NCBI GenBank assembly: GCA_043228905.1
Contig: JBHGNT010000009.1
Location: 9,052,001 to 9,116,000, forward strand
DNA length: 64,000 nucleotides
Source: Azolla caroliniana
Taxonomy: Eukaryota; Plantae; Polypodiophyta
Direction: 5' to 3'
In this document: positions 34,746-48,979 of the stretch, piece by piece
Numbering within the stretch: position 1 is the first letter of the stretch
Layout: the number at the start of each line of letters is the position of its first letter
The notes under the pieces: generated by a model
The model's database searches: none
The model's input: the letters and a program-made list of their open reading frames with translations, nothing else
What the model was told of the DNA's origin: nothing
Position numbers and translations under genes: made by a program

Positions 34746-35297
34746 TCTTGATTGCTATTTGGGGCCCACACATTGTGTAGCTTTTCGAATATTTAATCCA
34801 CTAATCATAGCATTTAATTCCGTGGTCAATTAACTTCGAAGATTTTATAGGCTACTTGCAAGCAATTAAATCTATGTAATCCATTCGGTAGCATTACGTA
34901 CCCACCTTAGTTTTTCGCAGCTCCATTAGTGAAGTATGCTAATATAAAGGGATATTGACAACTTGGTCATTCTTTCTTATTAATTGCAGCTTCCTTTATC
35001 TTGTAATTTCTATACATCCATTGTGTTGTGTAGATTTTATATGGTTTTGAATCTAGAGATGAAGTTGTTTTCTAGCATTTGATTGGTTATGAAAGTCTTT
35101 GTTTCTTGAGTCTTGTACTCCACATTCTATAACTTTACATGGCTACAAAACAACCGAGGGGCCTATAAGACATAATACGGTGAATTGCTATGTTTTGGCA
35201 TCCAATTGTTCCTAAATTAGGGGAACTATACTTTTTATTTTTTATTTTTTTTCCAAAAAAAACTCCTTCCATTAGTTATAAAATTTTACATATGAGA

Positions 35298-36280
35298 TTA
35301 ATATATACAAATCCCTGTAGGGACGCGATAAGTCCATCTTATGTGGATGCCCACCGACTCAATAAAGGGGAAGGTCGACCATTGCTGGATGAAGGCTAGT
35401 CGTTGGCTTTCAACTCCATCGGAGTTGCCCTTGAGGCCATCATATTGGCTTTTTAGAGTGGCTACAACTTCACTCCATATCTCTTGCATTAACATTATTG
35501 GGTACGCGGTTTGGTGCGAGAAGACCCGTCTACACCGTTGTTTCCATAGAGTCCAAAGAGTTATTGGGTTGACTAATTCCAACACCACTTGAGATTTGGC
35601 AGTGATAGGAGTTGAGTGGACATTGTCGATGGTGGAGAAAAAAACCTCTTGTGCTTTTATCACCAAAACCATCCCCTCCTCTTGATGCTCGTATCTGTCA
35701 ATTGGGGCCTACCATGATAGCCAACATATATTGCCCCACTTAATTAAGCCTTGCACCTGGCATAATTGCAATAACCAGCCAACCCCCTGCCATATTCGAT
35801 GGGACTTTGGCTAGTCACACAAAGCGTGTCAGATTGATGAATCTATTGCCTTTGGACACGCTACACAATTAGGAGAGCTAAGTTTCCCACGCTGCCATGC
35901 ACCAAGCGGTAGTGACCTATGTATTAATAGTAATTGGAAGGTGGTGATTCGTCGTGTGTGTTGTTGTTTCCCGATTTTTTCCCAAAACTTGGTGATAATT
36001 GTGTGAGGAACATGATGTGTGCCAGACCTTTGCAGCAGTAGGCTCTCAGGCGGTTTGAGCAGCTAGAATATGACAACCCAATCTAGTTGTGAATTGGAAG
36101 AAAGGGATGGGTTTGCTTCCTTGCCCCGCGTAAGGATCATGCCATGTCCATTGCAAAGGGTCCCAACTAACCTTACGTAGCCATGTGTTTTCGTGAGTCA
36201 TATGTGCCAATCTGGTTGTACTTTGATAGGATCATGAACTACAATCCATTTATGCCCCGTATACGCTAGTACTCAAAGGA
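35298..36280 (-). mobile_element. LINE (L1-like) ORF2 3' remnant, zf-RVT region
   Basis: HRSLPLGAW...CVAC...H..C and ITLWTLWKQRCRRVF motifs typical of the plant LINE C-terminus. Confidence 0.7.
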
Positions 36281-38212
36281 ACTATACACAATTAGCGGAA
36301 TTGTTGCCACACATGTTGTAATGCCAAATTTCAAAGTGCCCTTTTTGATAACTCTAGAATATGCAATCATGTTTCTTTTCTCACATTGGTTGCTTTGGCA
36401 TTTTGAAAAGAAGACAAGAGACTCGTATTCTTGAACCATTTTCCAATTTTAACTATGCAAAAGACGTCGATGTTCTGAATTATTAAAATGTTAGCAGGTC
36501 CGACATTATTAAAAATGTAAACGGAAATTGTACCCTTGAGCATCACTTTCCAATTGTTAGAGCTCTCAAAATGTACACATTATCATGCATTCTTTTGTCA
36601 ATTCTCTTATTTTCTATATTCCACTAACATGCCATTTTGTCAAAAACTTACCTCTTCTCTCTTTTTCATGTCGGTGTGTTTTTCATGTCGGTGTGTATCA
36701 TTAACATGCATTATAACTTGGTAATTTGTCTCATTTTCATGTCAGTGTACATTGCCAACATACACATCATTAGGTAAGTCATCTCTTTTAATTCATGTGT
36801 AGTGGGAACATACACATAACTAGGTAATTCAATCCTTTTTCAAGTAGGTGTAATATGTATTATGTGCATTAATATAGCTCAATGGTACTTTCAAGTTAGG
36901 CCATAGTAGGTTCATCAAATATGTAACTTTTAGTAATGCTTTATGTTATTAGTGCGAAACCTCAAGATTAGGTGCAAAACCACAATTTAAAACATTTCTG
37001 TACAAAGTTGTGCTAAAACACACTACCTTGAAATTTGAAAATTGCTAATAGAAATATCATGCAATCATTCATGAGCAATGGGTGATATCCATATAGTCCA
37101 ATGTAATCCCGAGAATCAAACCCACTTTACAAATAATATGTACTGTGTATGAGGAGACTCTAGGAAAGAGACCAACTATCTCGAATTTGCCTACCAAAAT
37201 GGAGTTTCGGAAAACACTGAGAGAGTATTGTGTTAAACCCTCCCCTCGAAGGGTTTAGTGCTATGGTAATTTCATAATAAGTAGTTAACAAATTCTGAAC
37301 CGAGTCTCCATTGTTAACTTCATGTTGTGACGATGTGCATTCATTAAAGATTTATCCCTAGTGATAAAGCCCCAGCAAATAGTGCCATAAGAATAGTTCT
37401 TGTTGTAATGGCAAGGGAATGTGCAAAGTCTTTCTAAAAACATATTTCTTTAAGACTATGACTTATACTTCATTGGCGATCAATACATTTTTGAATCCAC
37501 TCAGCAGTAACAAGCAACATGTGTACCTTGTTACATATGATGTGATCCATACGTAAAGATTTAGTGACAATAACCATATTCTAAATTTGAAACCTTTTTT
37601 GCGTCTCAATGGTGGAAAAGGTACACAATTATGGACCAAATCCTCTATTCTTTGCGAGATATCTTTTCGAGAGTGACCGAATTTGTACTTATTAGGACCC
37701 TCAGTATGAAATGTCCACCATTTGTCATTTGATCCTTAACCTGATACATATCATTTCTAGAAATGAAATGATAATATCTAGGTTTTGGATCCAATAATTT
37801 GGCATGCAAAAGATGAGTCCAATGAATATTCTCCATTTGTGTCATAGTAGTAGATCGTGACCCAATCTATTATATTCCATATTTTGAGTGAGTTTCTTCC
37901 TTATTTACAATTAGCTTTGTTGTGAATTGACATCATGTTGCATTGCCATTGTACTTACTAAATACTTTAAATCCCAACCTACAATAGTCTAGGATCCAAA
38001 CAAAATGCGATTTCAATGCATTTGCACATGTCGGCCAACATATTCTTGCATGGTTGGATTTGCTTTTCCAAAACAACAAGAATTATCCCCTTCTTGGCAC
38101 ATCTACGTGTTGTAAAGCCCATCAAAGATTGATTCAATGTTCATGTGGAAGAGGAATGTAGTTGTTCTCTTCCGATTGCTCTTCAATGTTGTGTGTGTGT
38201 GTGTGTGTGTGT

Positions 38213-38249
<37 letters not shown>

Positions 38250-41200
38250 GTGGATGTTAAGAAGTGATTGGAAAAAGGGATGTCAAAATTCGAACATACA
38301 AGCACACACAACAAAAATGAAATGGTTTCTTTTTGCCTTAAGTTTCGTTGATTACAAATATTGGAATGCAAAGACAAAAAATTCAGATTGCATTTAGGGC
38401 CTATCAACCTTACAAAATCATTGACAATGTCAATATCCAATATTTCATCATCGTCATAGTGGAATCACTGAACCATTAAGTTTACAACAAACTTGGTACC
38501 AAATTGAAATTTTTTTCACCATACACAGAACCAAAAAGAAATTAGCATCAATGGATGTCTGGAACATGTCTCCTTTAGATTACATTATAATCAAACCACC
38601 CTGGATATCATTTGTTTGTTGTCTTGCTTCTACCCACACCTACTCTAATGTAGCGCTAAGAAGAAGGGGTAGGAAGATTTACGTGTATGTGTGAGTAGTG
38701 CGTGAGACCGATGGAGAAGAGTATTCTTCCACAAATGACAGAAGTAGTGGTTTGGTGGAAGTTGAGATAAAGTTGTCACAAGCTTCCACTTTCACTTCTT
38801 GCCACTCGTGCTTTTGATCTCTCTCTCTCTCTCTCTCTCTCTCTATTTTAATAACATTCATCATTCCATTCATTCATCCGTTTGATCTTCTATGGTCCAA
38901 ACACCACTCAAAACCTTGATCTCTCTCTCTCTCTCTCTCTCTCTCTTAGATCTCTATTTTTCTCATGTTGTTTTTCACTCACTATTTTTTTATTTTCAGC
39001 CTTTTTTGGTTTTGTTTCTTTTTTGGCTTTGTCTTACACTACCCCTCGGTAGTGACGTATAAACAACATGTAAAAAGTAGTGCTAAAATTACACAAAAAA
39101 CCCCTACCTCTCACTTATTACCTTATAGTTGTGGGTCCCACTTGAGTGGCAAAACCCCCACAATAAGATATATATTTATTCTCTCTTATTTCACCCCTTG
39201 CTCTATGGTTCTTTCTCCTCTCCTAGATGAAAAAGAACCCAAGCTCTATAAGAAGATGCCTTATGCAAACTAGGATCCTGCACCCTTTTTGGGATATTTG
39301 GATTATTGGGTAGAGAAGAGTGTCTCTCATGCTCTCTTTAAGCCTCTCACTTTCAAGCTTGTTGAGTCTCTTGTCCTCGAGGTCTCCAACTCTCCCTCTC
39401 TTTTGTGCTCCCTAATATTTTTTATGAATAAATTTGCATAAAGAAGGCTAGAAAAATGTTGGATAAGACAAAAATGTCATTAGCCTATTTTTAAGTGTAA
39501 GTGTACAAAATTGACAAGTTCGTCTATTTACAAAAATTGACTAAGGGGTGTATGCCGTTTGGGTTATTGGGTCCCCTGGTAGTTGCTGCATTAGTGGTGG
39601 TGTTGATGGGCTCTCTTGTTGTTTTTGTTGCCGTCTAGGACCCCCATCATTGTCTTCTAGGAGGACCACTTCGAGTTGTGGTCGTTGTGATGTGGTCTTT
39701 GTGGGTGGTGTGCGATTTTCTTCTACATGGGTAATCCGCATGGGTAAGTCCTTGTTGCGTCGGTTGGGCTAGTGTTGTGGACTCGTTCAGGTGTGGAGAG
39801 GACTCCCTCTAAAGCCTAAGTTCTCATGTGTGTTGCCACATAGCACGTGCGATGGGTGAAGTAGCAGAAGATGGCACTCAAGTCAGCGAGCTCATTGAGA
39901 GTGAACTCGTGTTCTTGGAAACCTTTCGTTCTAGTGCAACAACCACGTGAGTGACTGGCAATGGTCGGTCCCTTCGTCCTTGGTGGACTTGGGCGATTTA
40001 CTCACGTTCGGGATTACGCAACGTAGTTGTTTCGTTGTCTTCTTCCTTATATGGTACTCGGATGATGCCGTATCGATCCTGGCAACGAGTATATGGTGCT
40101 GGGGGTGAGCCAACTTGGAACATTGTGTGTAAATATCTCGTTAGGGATCACGCAAAGTTCACCAACAGCTTGGGTCTTTCCTGCCACTCTTCTACTCGGG
40201 CGTGCAAGTCCTCAACCCAATTCACTTGTCTAGGGTGGCATGGTGTGACCATTTCATGAACTTCTTCGCTCGACATTTGTTTTGTTTTTGTAGGCTCTCG
40301 GATACCTTGATGGATCAATCGCCACCCTTCGTGGCCCTTGAACTTGGCGACTTTTTTGAGATGAATGGCATGTCGTTGGTTGGGAGCAGTAAGGTTACTC
40401 GAATGTCGGCCATAGTGAATTGGAATTATAATGGGTCAGGCATTGTCAAACACTTGCATTTTCACCTTCACGGTTTTTTGGTAGTAGGCCACCAAGAAGT
40501 GTTGTAGTAACTCCGGGAGGACTCCCCATGGGTTGATACCGAGAAAGTGGCATTAGCTTGAGTTTGGCAAGTGTATCGAATAATACCAATGGCTCTTGAT
40601 ATTGCTAACTTCATTTGTGGTGGGGGGTTTTGCGTTGGTTTTATTACTCATTGGGAGGAAGTTTGTGTTTTTGGCCTAGGCCATAGGCTCGAAGCCGATT
40701 TCCATACACGACTTCGTGTAGGCAACCAAAATTGTGTGGCTACTTTGTGCCAACCTTGTGCTTTGGTTAAGGTTTTGCGAACACGCCAACCTCGTTTTTG
40801 TGGGGAGGAATACTAACCGAGTTGTTGAACTAGCTAAAGTTCAAGCTCGGTAGGTTGGAAAGGCTAAGCGATGAGGTGCGTAGGTAATCTACATGTTGGA
40901 TCTTTCATTGGCACTTTTACCGCGTTGTCATCTCCGGATTTGGTGTTCTTTGGTTTCCTCTTTTGATGTTGGATACTTTGCATGCCATTCTCATGACGTT
41001 TTAGGTGTTGAATACGGGTCTTTAATGGACGTATTCACGTTGTCCCATTGGACACACTAGGTTTAGACTATTTATGTAAATAGTGGAAAGGGTGGTTGTC
41101 CTAAGTCCATTAGTATTTAAATCGACTCTTGTAACCTAATGTTTGGCGTTGTTCATTTGTACATTGTGCTATTGTAACTCTCTAAGAATAATATAGTTAC

Positions 41201-41338
41201 ATCTTGCTTGTGCCTACTCCATTGTATCTCTTCCTTTGTTCAGTGGTTGATCTTGTCTAATGTTTCTGTTGTCTATTGTTAATTTGATTCTTTTTACTCA
41301 CCGAAGATCTTCAATACAAAGAGCGTTGATATTGTTCC

Positions 41339-44300
41339 TGTTGAGAATCAAGCTCAACTTGGTCTAGTGTGTGAACTCACCTTGAGAGTGAAGAGACACT
41401 CCAACGGTCAAGAGTCACCATTATGTCACCACTTTGTATTCTAGCATTTAGTATGAGTCATAGAATCATATTCTATGACACATAACTTATGAGCTTTCAC
41501 ATTCCCCATGCTCCATGAGGCTTGTAGTTAATGAAGAGAGAGGGTGACTACATAAAGCACCCTCCTCCCACCTTGTATTATGCCGAGTGTCAATATACTT
41601 TTACCTTGCGTATTCTCTGTGTTTCACTCTCTCTCTCTCTCTGTTTGTCTGTCTCTCTCTCTTACACACACACATAACTCACATCTCTTCTGCTTCACAA
41701 GAATCCATCTCTTGATTCTTTGCATGGTATCAGAGCGATTTGGTAGCTCGATCTAGCCCATTCGCCTCATCGTGATCGTGTGTTGTGCTCTATGCCGACG
41801 ACCAAGAACCGGCTCATCGCTATTGTAGCTTCGCTACATAGCTCGCATTCGAAGAGAGAAGAAGAAGAAGAAGAATCGACATAATGAATACTCAAATGGG
41901 GAGCGCTCTCCCTACCGAGAAGTTGGATTGAAATAACTTCACATCTTGGGAGTACAAGATGCACCAATACCTTGTCGGACAAGGCTATTGGAGCTACATC
42001 AAAGGAGCGCATGAAGACCGACCCGCCGAAGCGGCTCCCGGCTACGCGACATGGGAGCAAGCCGCAAGCCGCGTGATGTATTGTTTGGCGACATGTCTTC
42101 ACGAACACATGCTCGGTTACATTCGAGAATCCAAGACGCCGAAGGAAGCGTGGGAAAATCTACGAAACATTTTTGCCGCCAACACGATCGTGAGGAAGCT
42201 TCAACTCCGCCAAGAGTTGAACAACATTCAACAAAGGGACATGTCCATCATGACATACACCTTGAAGATCAAGGAGCTTTGCGACTCGCTCGGCTCAATA
42301 AGCATAAGTATAGATGATGATGAGATGGTGCAAATATGCCTCGGAGGCCTCGCACCACGGTTCGGGGCGATACGAACCGCCGTTCTAGCACGGGAGAAAT
42401 CTCCCTCCTTCATCGAGCTCCAATCAATGCTATTGGTCGAAGAAAACCACGTGCGTACAAGGAGCAATGAGTCGGAAGGCCACATGCTCTACACGCACTC
42501 TAATGGAGGAAGAGGACGCGGACGAGCGAGAGGCCGATTCGGCCAAGGACAAGGCGGACGAGGACCGACCTACAACAACAACTCCCAATTTCGGCCACAA
42601 AACGGAGGCCAACGAGGAGCCTTCGCAAGAAGGGGGAGCTTCCACTCCGGCCCGAGCCGTCAAAACGCAATCGAATGCGGATATTTCAGAAACCTCGGCC
42701 ACCACGAAGAAGAGTGCCGAAAGAAGATGCGTGAATCGGCTTCCACAAGCCGACAACTCACGAATTACGCACACAACTCCGACTACGAAGATCGTGGCGG
42801 AATGTATGCACACAACTCCGACCGTGGCGAAATGTACGGGCATAACTCCAACTACGAAGATCGTGGCGGAATGTATGCGCACAACTCCGACCGTGGCGGA
42901 ATGTTCATGATGAAACATAGAGCAAAGTCTATGTCGGCCTCTACCTCAAATAGTGCCCTCAATCCGGAGGACGTATGGTTTGTTGACTCCGGAGCCTCAA
43001 ACCATATGACATCCCACAAAGAATGGTTTCTCGAACTTCGAGAGCCAGAGCGACCCGGTTATGTCGAAACCGGAGATGACACTATGCACCCGATTCGGCA
43101 CATCCGCAATGTTCCATTTGGCGAAAGAGGTAAGCAAACATACATTAAAAATGTCTTGCATGTACCCACCATCACAAAGAATTTGGTCTCGGTCGGCCAA
43201 ATGGTTGAGCAAGGGATGCAAGTACGATTCGACCAAGAAGGGTGCTTCATCGAAAAAGAAGGCCGAATCATCGCACGCGGACGAAGAGAGGGTCGGATGT
43301 TCATTCTCGATTCACGTGAGATGAAATCCGCCATGTTCGCGAAAAACACGAAATCCGACTCCGACATAGAGCTATGGCACAAGCAAATCGGCCACATCAA
43401 TCTCAACAAACTCAAAGCAATGAAATCGAAAGGAGTTGTCATTGGACTCCCGACATTCAAAGAGAAGGAGATTGAAGGTGTATGCGAAGCGTGCCAATTC
43501 GGCAAGCAACACCGACACCCATTCCCGAAAGAGCGGAACTTGAGCAAAGGTCTACTCGACGTAGTCCATTCCGACGTATGGGGACCGACGCAGACGGCTA
43601 CCTTCGGCGGATGCCGATATTACATGCTCTTCATCGATGACTTCTCTTGGCACACTTGGATCTACCCGATGCGGCAAAAGAGCGAAGTGTTCGGACACTT
43701 CCAAAATTTCAAGAATGAAGTCGAGAAAGCCACGGGCCAACATGTACGATGCCTTCGATCGGATGGCAACAAGGAGTACTTCTCGGACAATTTCACGGCG
43801 TATCTCCGAAAGGAAGGAATTCGGCGAGAATTGACTTGCCGACACACTCCGCAACAAAACGGAGTAGCCGAGCGCAAAAATCGGCACATCCTCGAAGTAG
43901 CGCTGGCCATGATGAATGAGAAGCATATGCCCAAGTCATATTGGGCCGAAGCTGCAAATATGGCCGTCTACCTAATGAACCAGTGGACAACATCCGGTGT
44001 GCACGAGGTCACTCCGCACGAAAAATACTTCGGAAAGAAGCCGGACTTATCACACATCCGGATATTCGGCGTGATAGCGTACGTGCACATCCCCGACGAG
44101 AAGCGTCAAAATCTTGACCCGAAGTCGGAGAAATGTATCCTCGTAGGATACTCATTGGAGCAAAAGGAGTACAAGTGCTACAACCCCTCAACTTGAAAAT
44201 CTCGAGTAAGTCGAGACGTCGTTTTTTACGAGTCTGCATCCTGGTACGCACCAGAGACAACTTTGCCTCCGACTCCGCTCGACCTGGAATCTGCCGAACA

Positions 44301-46825
44301 AGAGATCGAGGATGAAGATCGCCCTACGCACATGATTGAAGAAAGTCCGATCACGACCCGACTAAGTGGACCACAAGAGCCTTTGAGCGATCAAAGCACA
44401 TCATGGCCTAGCCCGAAGATGGACAAAGGCAAGGCAAAAATGGCGGAATACGAAGACGATCGCTTCGACGACGATGAATCGACTCACTCACTCGATAGTG
44501 AGTTCGGCGGCTTCAATGTACCAATCGGAACTAAGAAAGCCCTCATCTCTGCAAATGAAAAACTCCGCCGATCTACTCGTGAAAAGAACCCCGTAAGCCG
44601 TTTTGGCTACAACGATTATATGGCATACCATTACACCTTTATGATGAAGGTAGCATCAGTACGAGGGCCGGAAACCTTTTCGGAAGCCACAAAGGACCCG
44701 CGATGGATCGAAGCAATGAATGAGGAGATGCAAGCACTACGGAAGAACGAGACGTGGGATCTCGTTCCCACCTCACCACACAAAAAGGCGATCGGATGCA
44801 GATGGATCTACAAGGTGAAGTATAACGCCGATGGCTCCGTAAAACACTACAAAGCTCAACTCATAGTGAAAGGATACGCTCAGACGCATGGCATCGACTA
44901 TGAAGAGACCTTTGCCCCGGTGGCAAAGATGACGACGGTGCAGACCGTAATTGCGATTGCCGGGCGAAAGGGTGGCACCTCCATCAAATGGACGTCAAGA
45001 ACGCCTTTCTACAAGGCGAATTAGAAGAGGAGGTGTACATGATCCAACCACCCGGCTTCAACTGGAGCACCCATCCGAAAGCGGTTTGCTGACTCAAGAA
45101 GCCTCTCTACGGCCTCAAGCAAGCACCGCGTGCTTGACATTCGAAGATAACGCAATATCTTCATCAAATCGGCTTTTGTATGTCAAAATCGGACAACTCC
45201 CTCTACATACGAAGCAATTTCGCAAGTCCGATCGTCATCATTTTATATGTGGATGACCTAGTCATTGGAGGTGAGCATCTCGTCGAAATCAATAAGGTCA
45301 AATGCCTCCTTTCCATCAAGTTCGAGATGATGGACATGAAGGAGCTCCACTACTTCCTCGGCATCGAGGTAATTCGGACTTTAGCCGGAATCATGATCTC
45401 TCAACGGCACTACATCCTGAACTTGTTATACAAGTTCGGGATGGCTGTGTGCAAATCCGTGGCAACCCCGCTCGATCGCAATCTCAAACTAGATGTGAAC
45501 TCCGGCACCAAAGCGTGTGAGCCGACTCAGTATCGGCAACTCATCGGGAGTCTCATCTACCTCACGATCACACGACTCGATCTCAGTTATCTGGTCGGTC
45601 TCCTTAGCCAATTCATGCAAACACCGTGTGATACTCACTTGGATTGCGCTAAGCGAGTTCTACGCTATGTGAGCGGCACAATGGATTGCGGCATCCTCTA
45701 CAAGACCGCGATGCCAATACGACTCGAGGGGTACACAGATGCCGATTGGGCCGGCTATAAAGCTGATAGAAGATCAACCTCCGGATTTGTTTTCTCCCTC
45801 GGCAGCGGAGCAATATCCTAGAGTAGTAAGAAGCAGCCTACCGTCGCTCTTTTGAGTACGAAGGCGGAATACAGGGGTGCAGCCGTAGCTGCGTGTGAAG
45901 CTGTATGGCTCAAGAGGATTTTGAAGGATCCGGGCATACCCATCAAGGATCCGACTTCCCTTTACTGCGACAACATGAGCAATATCTATCTGGCTCAGAA
46001 CCCGGTGTTCCACGTGCGGACAAAGCACATCGAAGTACACTATCACTTCATCCGAGAGCGCGTTCTGGCTGGTGATGTCGACCTACAACACATTAGCACC
46101 AATCTTCAAAACAGCTAACATCTTCACTAAAGCCTTAGGAGCTGACAAGCTATGGCAATTCATGACCAATCTCGGATTGACGATCCCTGACCTGCCAAGC
46201 TTGAGGGGGAGTACTGAAGACACTACGCAATAACGCGTGGATTCCGCAACCACACAACAAAGCAGCGAAGAGCCGATCTACTGCGCAAAGCCGTGAAGAA
46301 AGATGCAAGCCGAAGCACAGACTTCGCAACTACGCACAACGCAAGCTGGACCACAGATCCCGCAACTCCGCATAAAGTGAGCCGACGCGGACTCCGGAAC
46401 GCGAGTTGAAGCGGATTTCGAATACCGTCTTAAACCGACCCGACTTGAGCTTGAGGGGGCGTGTTGAGAATCAAGCTCAACTTGGTCTAGTGTGTGAACT
46501 CAGCTTGAGAGTGAAGAGACACTCCAATGGTCAAGAGTCACCATTATGTCACCATTTTGTATTCTAGCATTTAGTATGAGTCATAGAATCATATTCTATG
46601 ACACATAACTTATGAGCTTTCACATTCCCCATGCTCCATGAGGGTTGTAGTTAATGAAGAGAGAGGGTGACTACATAAAGCACCCTCCTCCCACCTTGTA
46701 TTATGTTGAGTGTCAATATACTTTTACCTTGCGTATTCTCTGTGTTTCACTCTCTCTCTCTCTTACACACACACATAACTCACATCTCTTCCGCTTCACA
46801 AGAATCTATCTCTTGATTCTTTGCA
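41339..46825 (+). mobile_element. Full-length Ty1/copia with both LTRs and TSD GTTCC
   Basis: LTRs at 41339-41724 and 46462-46825 (about 8 substitutions plus a microsatellite length difference); PBS TGGTATCAGAGC at 41725; PPT at ~46453-46461; GTTCC at 41334-41338 and 46826-46830. Confidence 0.97.
41884..46230 (+). pseudogene. Copia gag-pol with several stops and frameshifts
   Basis: ORF pieces 41959-44196, 44263-45024, 45180-45821 and 45852-46118, with WFVDSGAS, VHSDVWGP, YVDDL and YTDADWAG. Confidence 0.93.
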
Positions 46826-48979
46826 GTTCCGCACAAGATGGCCAGTTCCAACATCTGGTATCATAGCTTGGCGTTTTGATTCTGCTATCACCGTCTACTT
46901 TGTCTTCATCAGCAACAATTCTTCTTTTGTCCCTTCTGAAGATCGTTTCTGGTATAACAGATTCCAAGATTTCAATCCTATTGAAATCCCTTGTTTGGAA
47001 AATCCTTACAAGAACATTTTCAACGAAGAGAAACACATGAAAAGTTTGCACTCCACTAGTCTAAGTCACTGTTAAAGTAAGCCAGTCGGTTGTACTTTGT
47101 TTTTGTGATTGTAGCCTCTTGGAGTGAGACTTCTTCATTGGACAGACCATACTTGTGCTCCATCCGGTTAGGCGATAATCGAATAGGTCATCCGATTATC
47201 GACAAACAGTCGAACTTGAACAAGCCAACAACATACCTACCGACTCCGAATTGGTAGGAGGTCCACTCGTCGAACTCGAAGACAAAGCCATCAAAGACAA
47301 ATCTGATTAAACAAGAGTCGAAGAAGGCAAATTCCAAAAGATACGAGTAGTAAATAGAACCGAGTCGACAAAGTCCATAGGGGAGGACAACGTGACACAG
47401 CCGAAATCCCGACTTGGGGGCGGGTCACCTAACAAGACTCCTGACACAAATGGTTCAACAAATACCGATGGCCCAACAGAGCCGATCGAAGAATCTAAAC
47501 GACTTATCTCGGCACCCAAGAGATCTGGACGAGCTTGAAGACCAATAGAGTTTTTTTAACCAAGCCTCGACTATGTCAACTACATTGATGCCGGCGAACC
47601 AATCACTTATAAAGAAACTATGGCTGCAACGGACACCGATACATTGCTAAAAGCCATGAAATCCAAAATGGACTCGATTCACAAGAATCAGACATGGGAG
47701 CTGGTTGAACTACCAGTAGGAAGAAAGCCGCTACCTTGCAAATGGGTTTTCCGATACAAATATGTATCTGACTCGGAGAAACCCAAGTACAAAGTTCAGC
47801 TTGTCACGAAATGGTTCAAACAAGAACATGGGGTCGACTATGACGAGATATTCTCACTAGTAGTCAAGATGACCACCCTCTGACTCTTACTAGGAGTTGT
47901 GGCGACAAAAGACCTAGAGCTAGAGCAGCTGGATGTAAAGATGGTATTCCTACACGGAGATCTGGAAGAAGACATTTACATGTCTCAACTGACAGGCTTC
48001 ACGACGACGGGGGAGGAAAGTCACCTAGTATGTCAACTGAAGAAAAGCCTCTATGGCTTGAAACAAGTGCTGAGGATGTGGTACCATAAGTTCGACTCCT
48101 ACATCAAGTAGCTTGGATACCGCCGATCAAACTCCGACCCATGTATATATACATTCGGCAACTAGTCGACGAGTCTAGGATTTATCTGATCCTATGTGTC
48201 GACGACATGCTGATTGTAGGAAGCAATCAAGTAGAAATCAGAAAGCTCAAGCGGAGCCTTCACGACAAGTTTGTGATGAAGGAACTCAGACAAGCCTATC
48301 ACATACTGGGCATGAGGATCGGGTGAAATTGGATGACAAAGGCTCTCTGACTCTCCCAGTCCAACTATATCCGGAAGGTGCTGAAGCGCTTCAACATGGA
48401 GAATGCGAAGCCAGTACGAAAACCGCTCCCGACGTCGATCAGACTATCGGACAGAGACTCTCCTTCAATGGACAATGAGAGGGAGCTTAATGGAAAGATG
48501 CCCTACGCATCGGCCATAGGAAGTATCATGTACGCAATGGTGGTGACCCGAACCGATCTAGCCTATGTCGTAGGGGTGGTTAGTCGGTACATGTCAAACC
48601 TAGGACGGAAGCATTGGGAGGCCGTCAAGCACATCTTCAGGTACCTAAGAGGGACCGAAGATACACAACTGACTTTCGGTTTGACAACCTCAGCCAAAGT
48701 CGAAGGCTACACTGACTCCGACTATGCCGGAAATACAGACAATCAGAAGTCAACATCAAGCTATATTTTCACCTATGGTGGCGGTGTGATATCATGGAGG
48801 TTGAAGCTTCAAGAGTGCACGGCCCTATCGACCACATAAGCCGAGTACATAGCAACATTAGAAGAAAGCCGAACGAAGAGTAGAAGGTAAGAGTTGACCG
48901 AATCAATCATGATAATGAGCCATCCCAGGCTCGACACAAACCTCACCTATGCTAACTCGACTATACGTTGAACGACTTG

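Larger units (their letters stand above)
40967..48860 (+). mobile_element. Old, internally deleted Ty1/copia: 5' LTR 40967-46853 split by the inner element, PBS at 46856, RT/RH remnants 47590-48860
   Basis: TGTTGGA...TTCCAACA termini and TGGTATCATAGC. RT motifs WELVELP, QLDVK and LCVDDML; RH motif YTDSDYAG. No gag or INT core recognisable. Confidence 0.8.
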
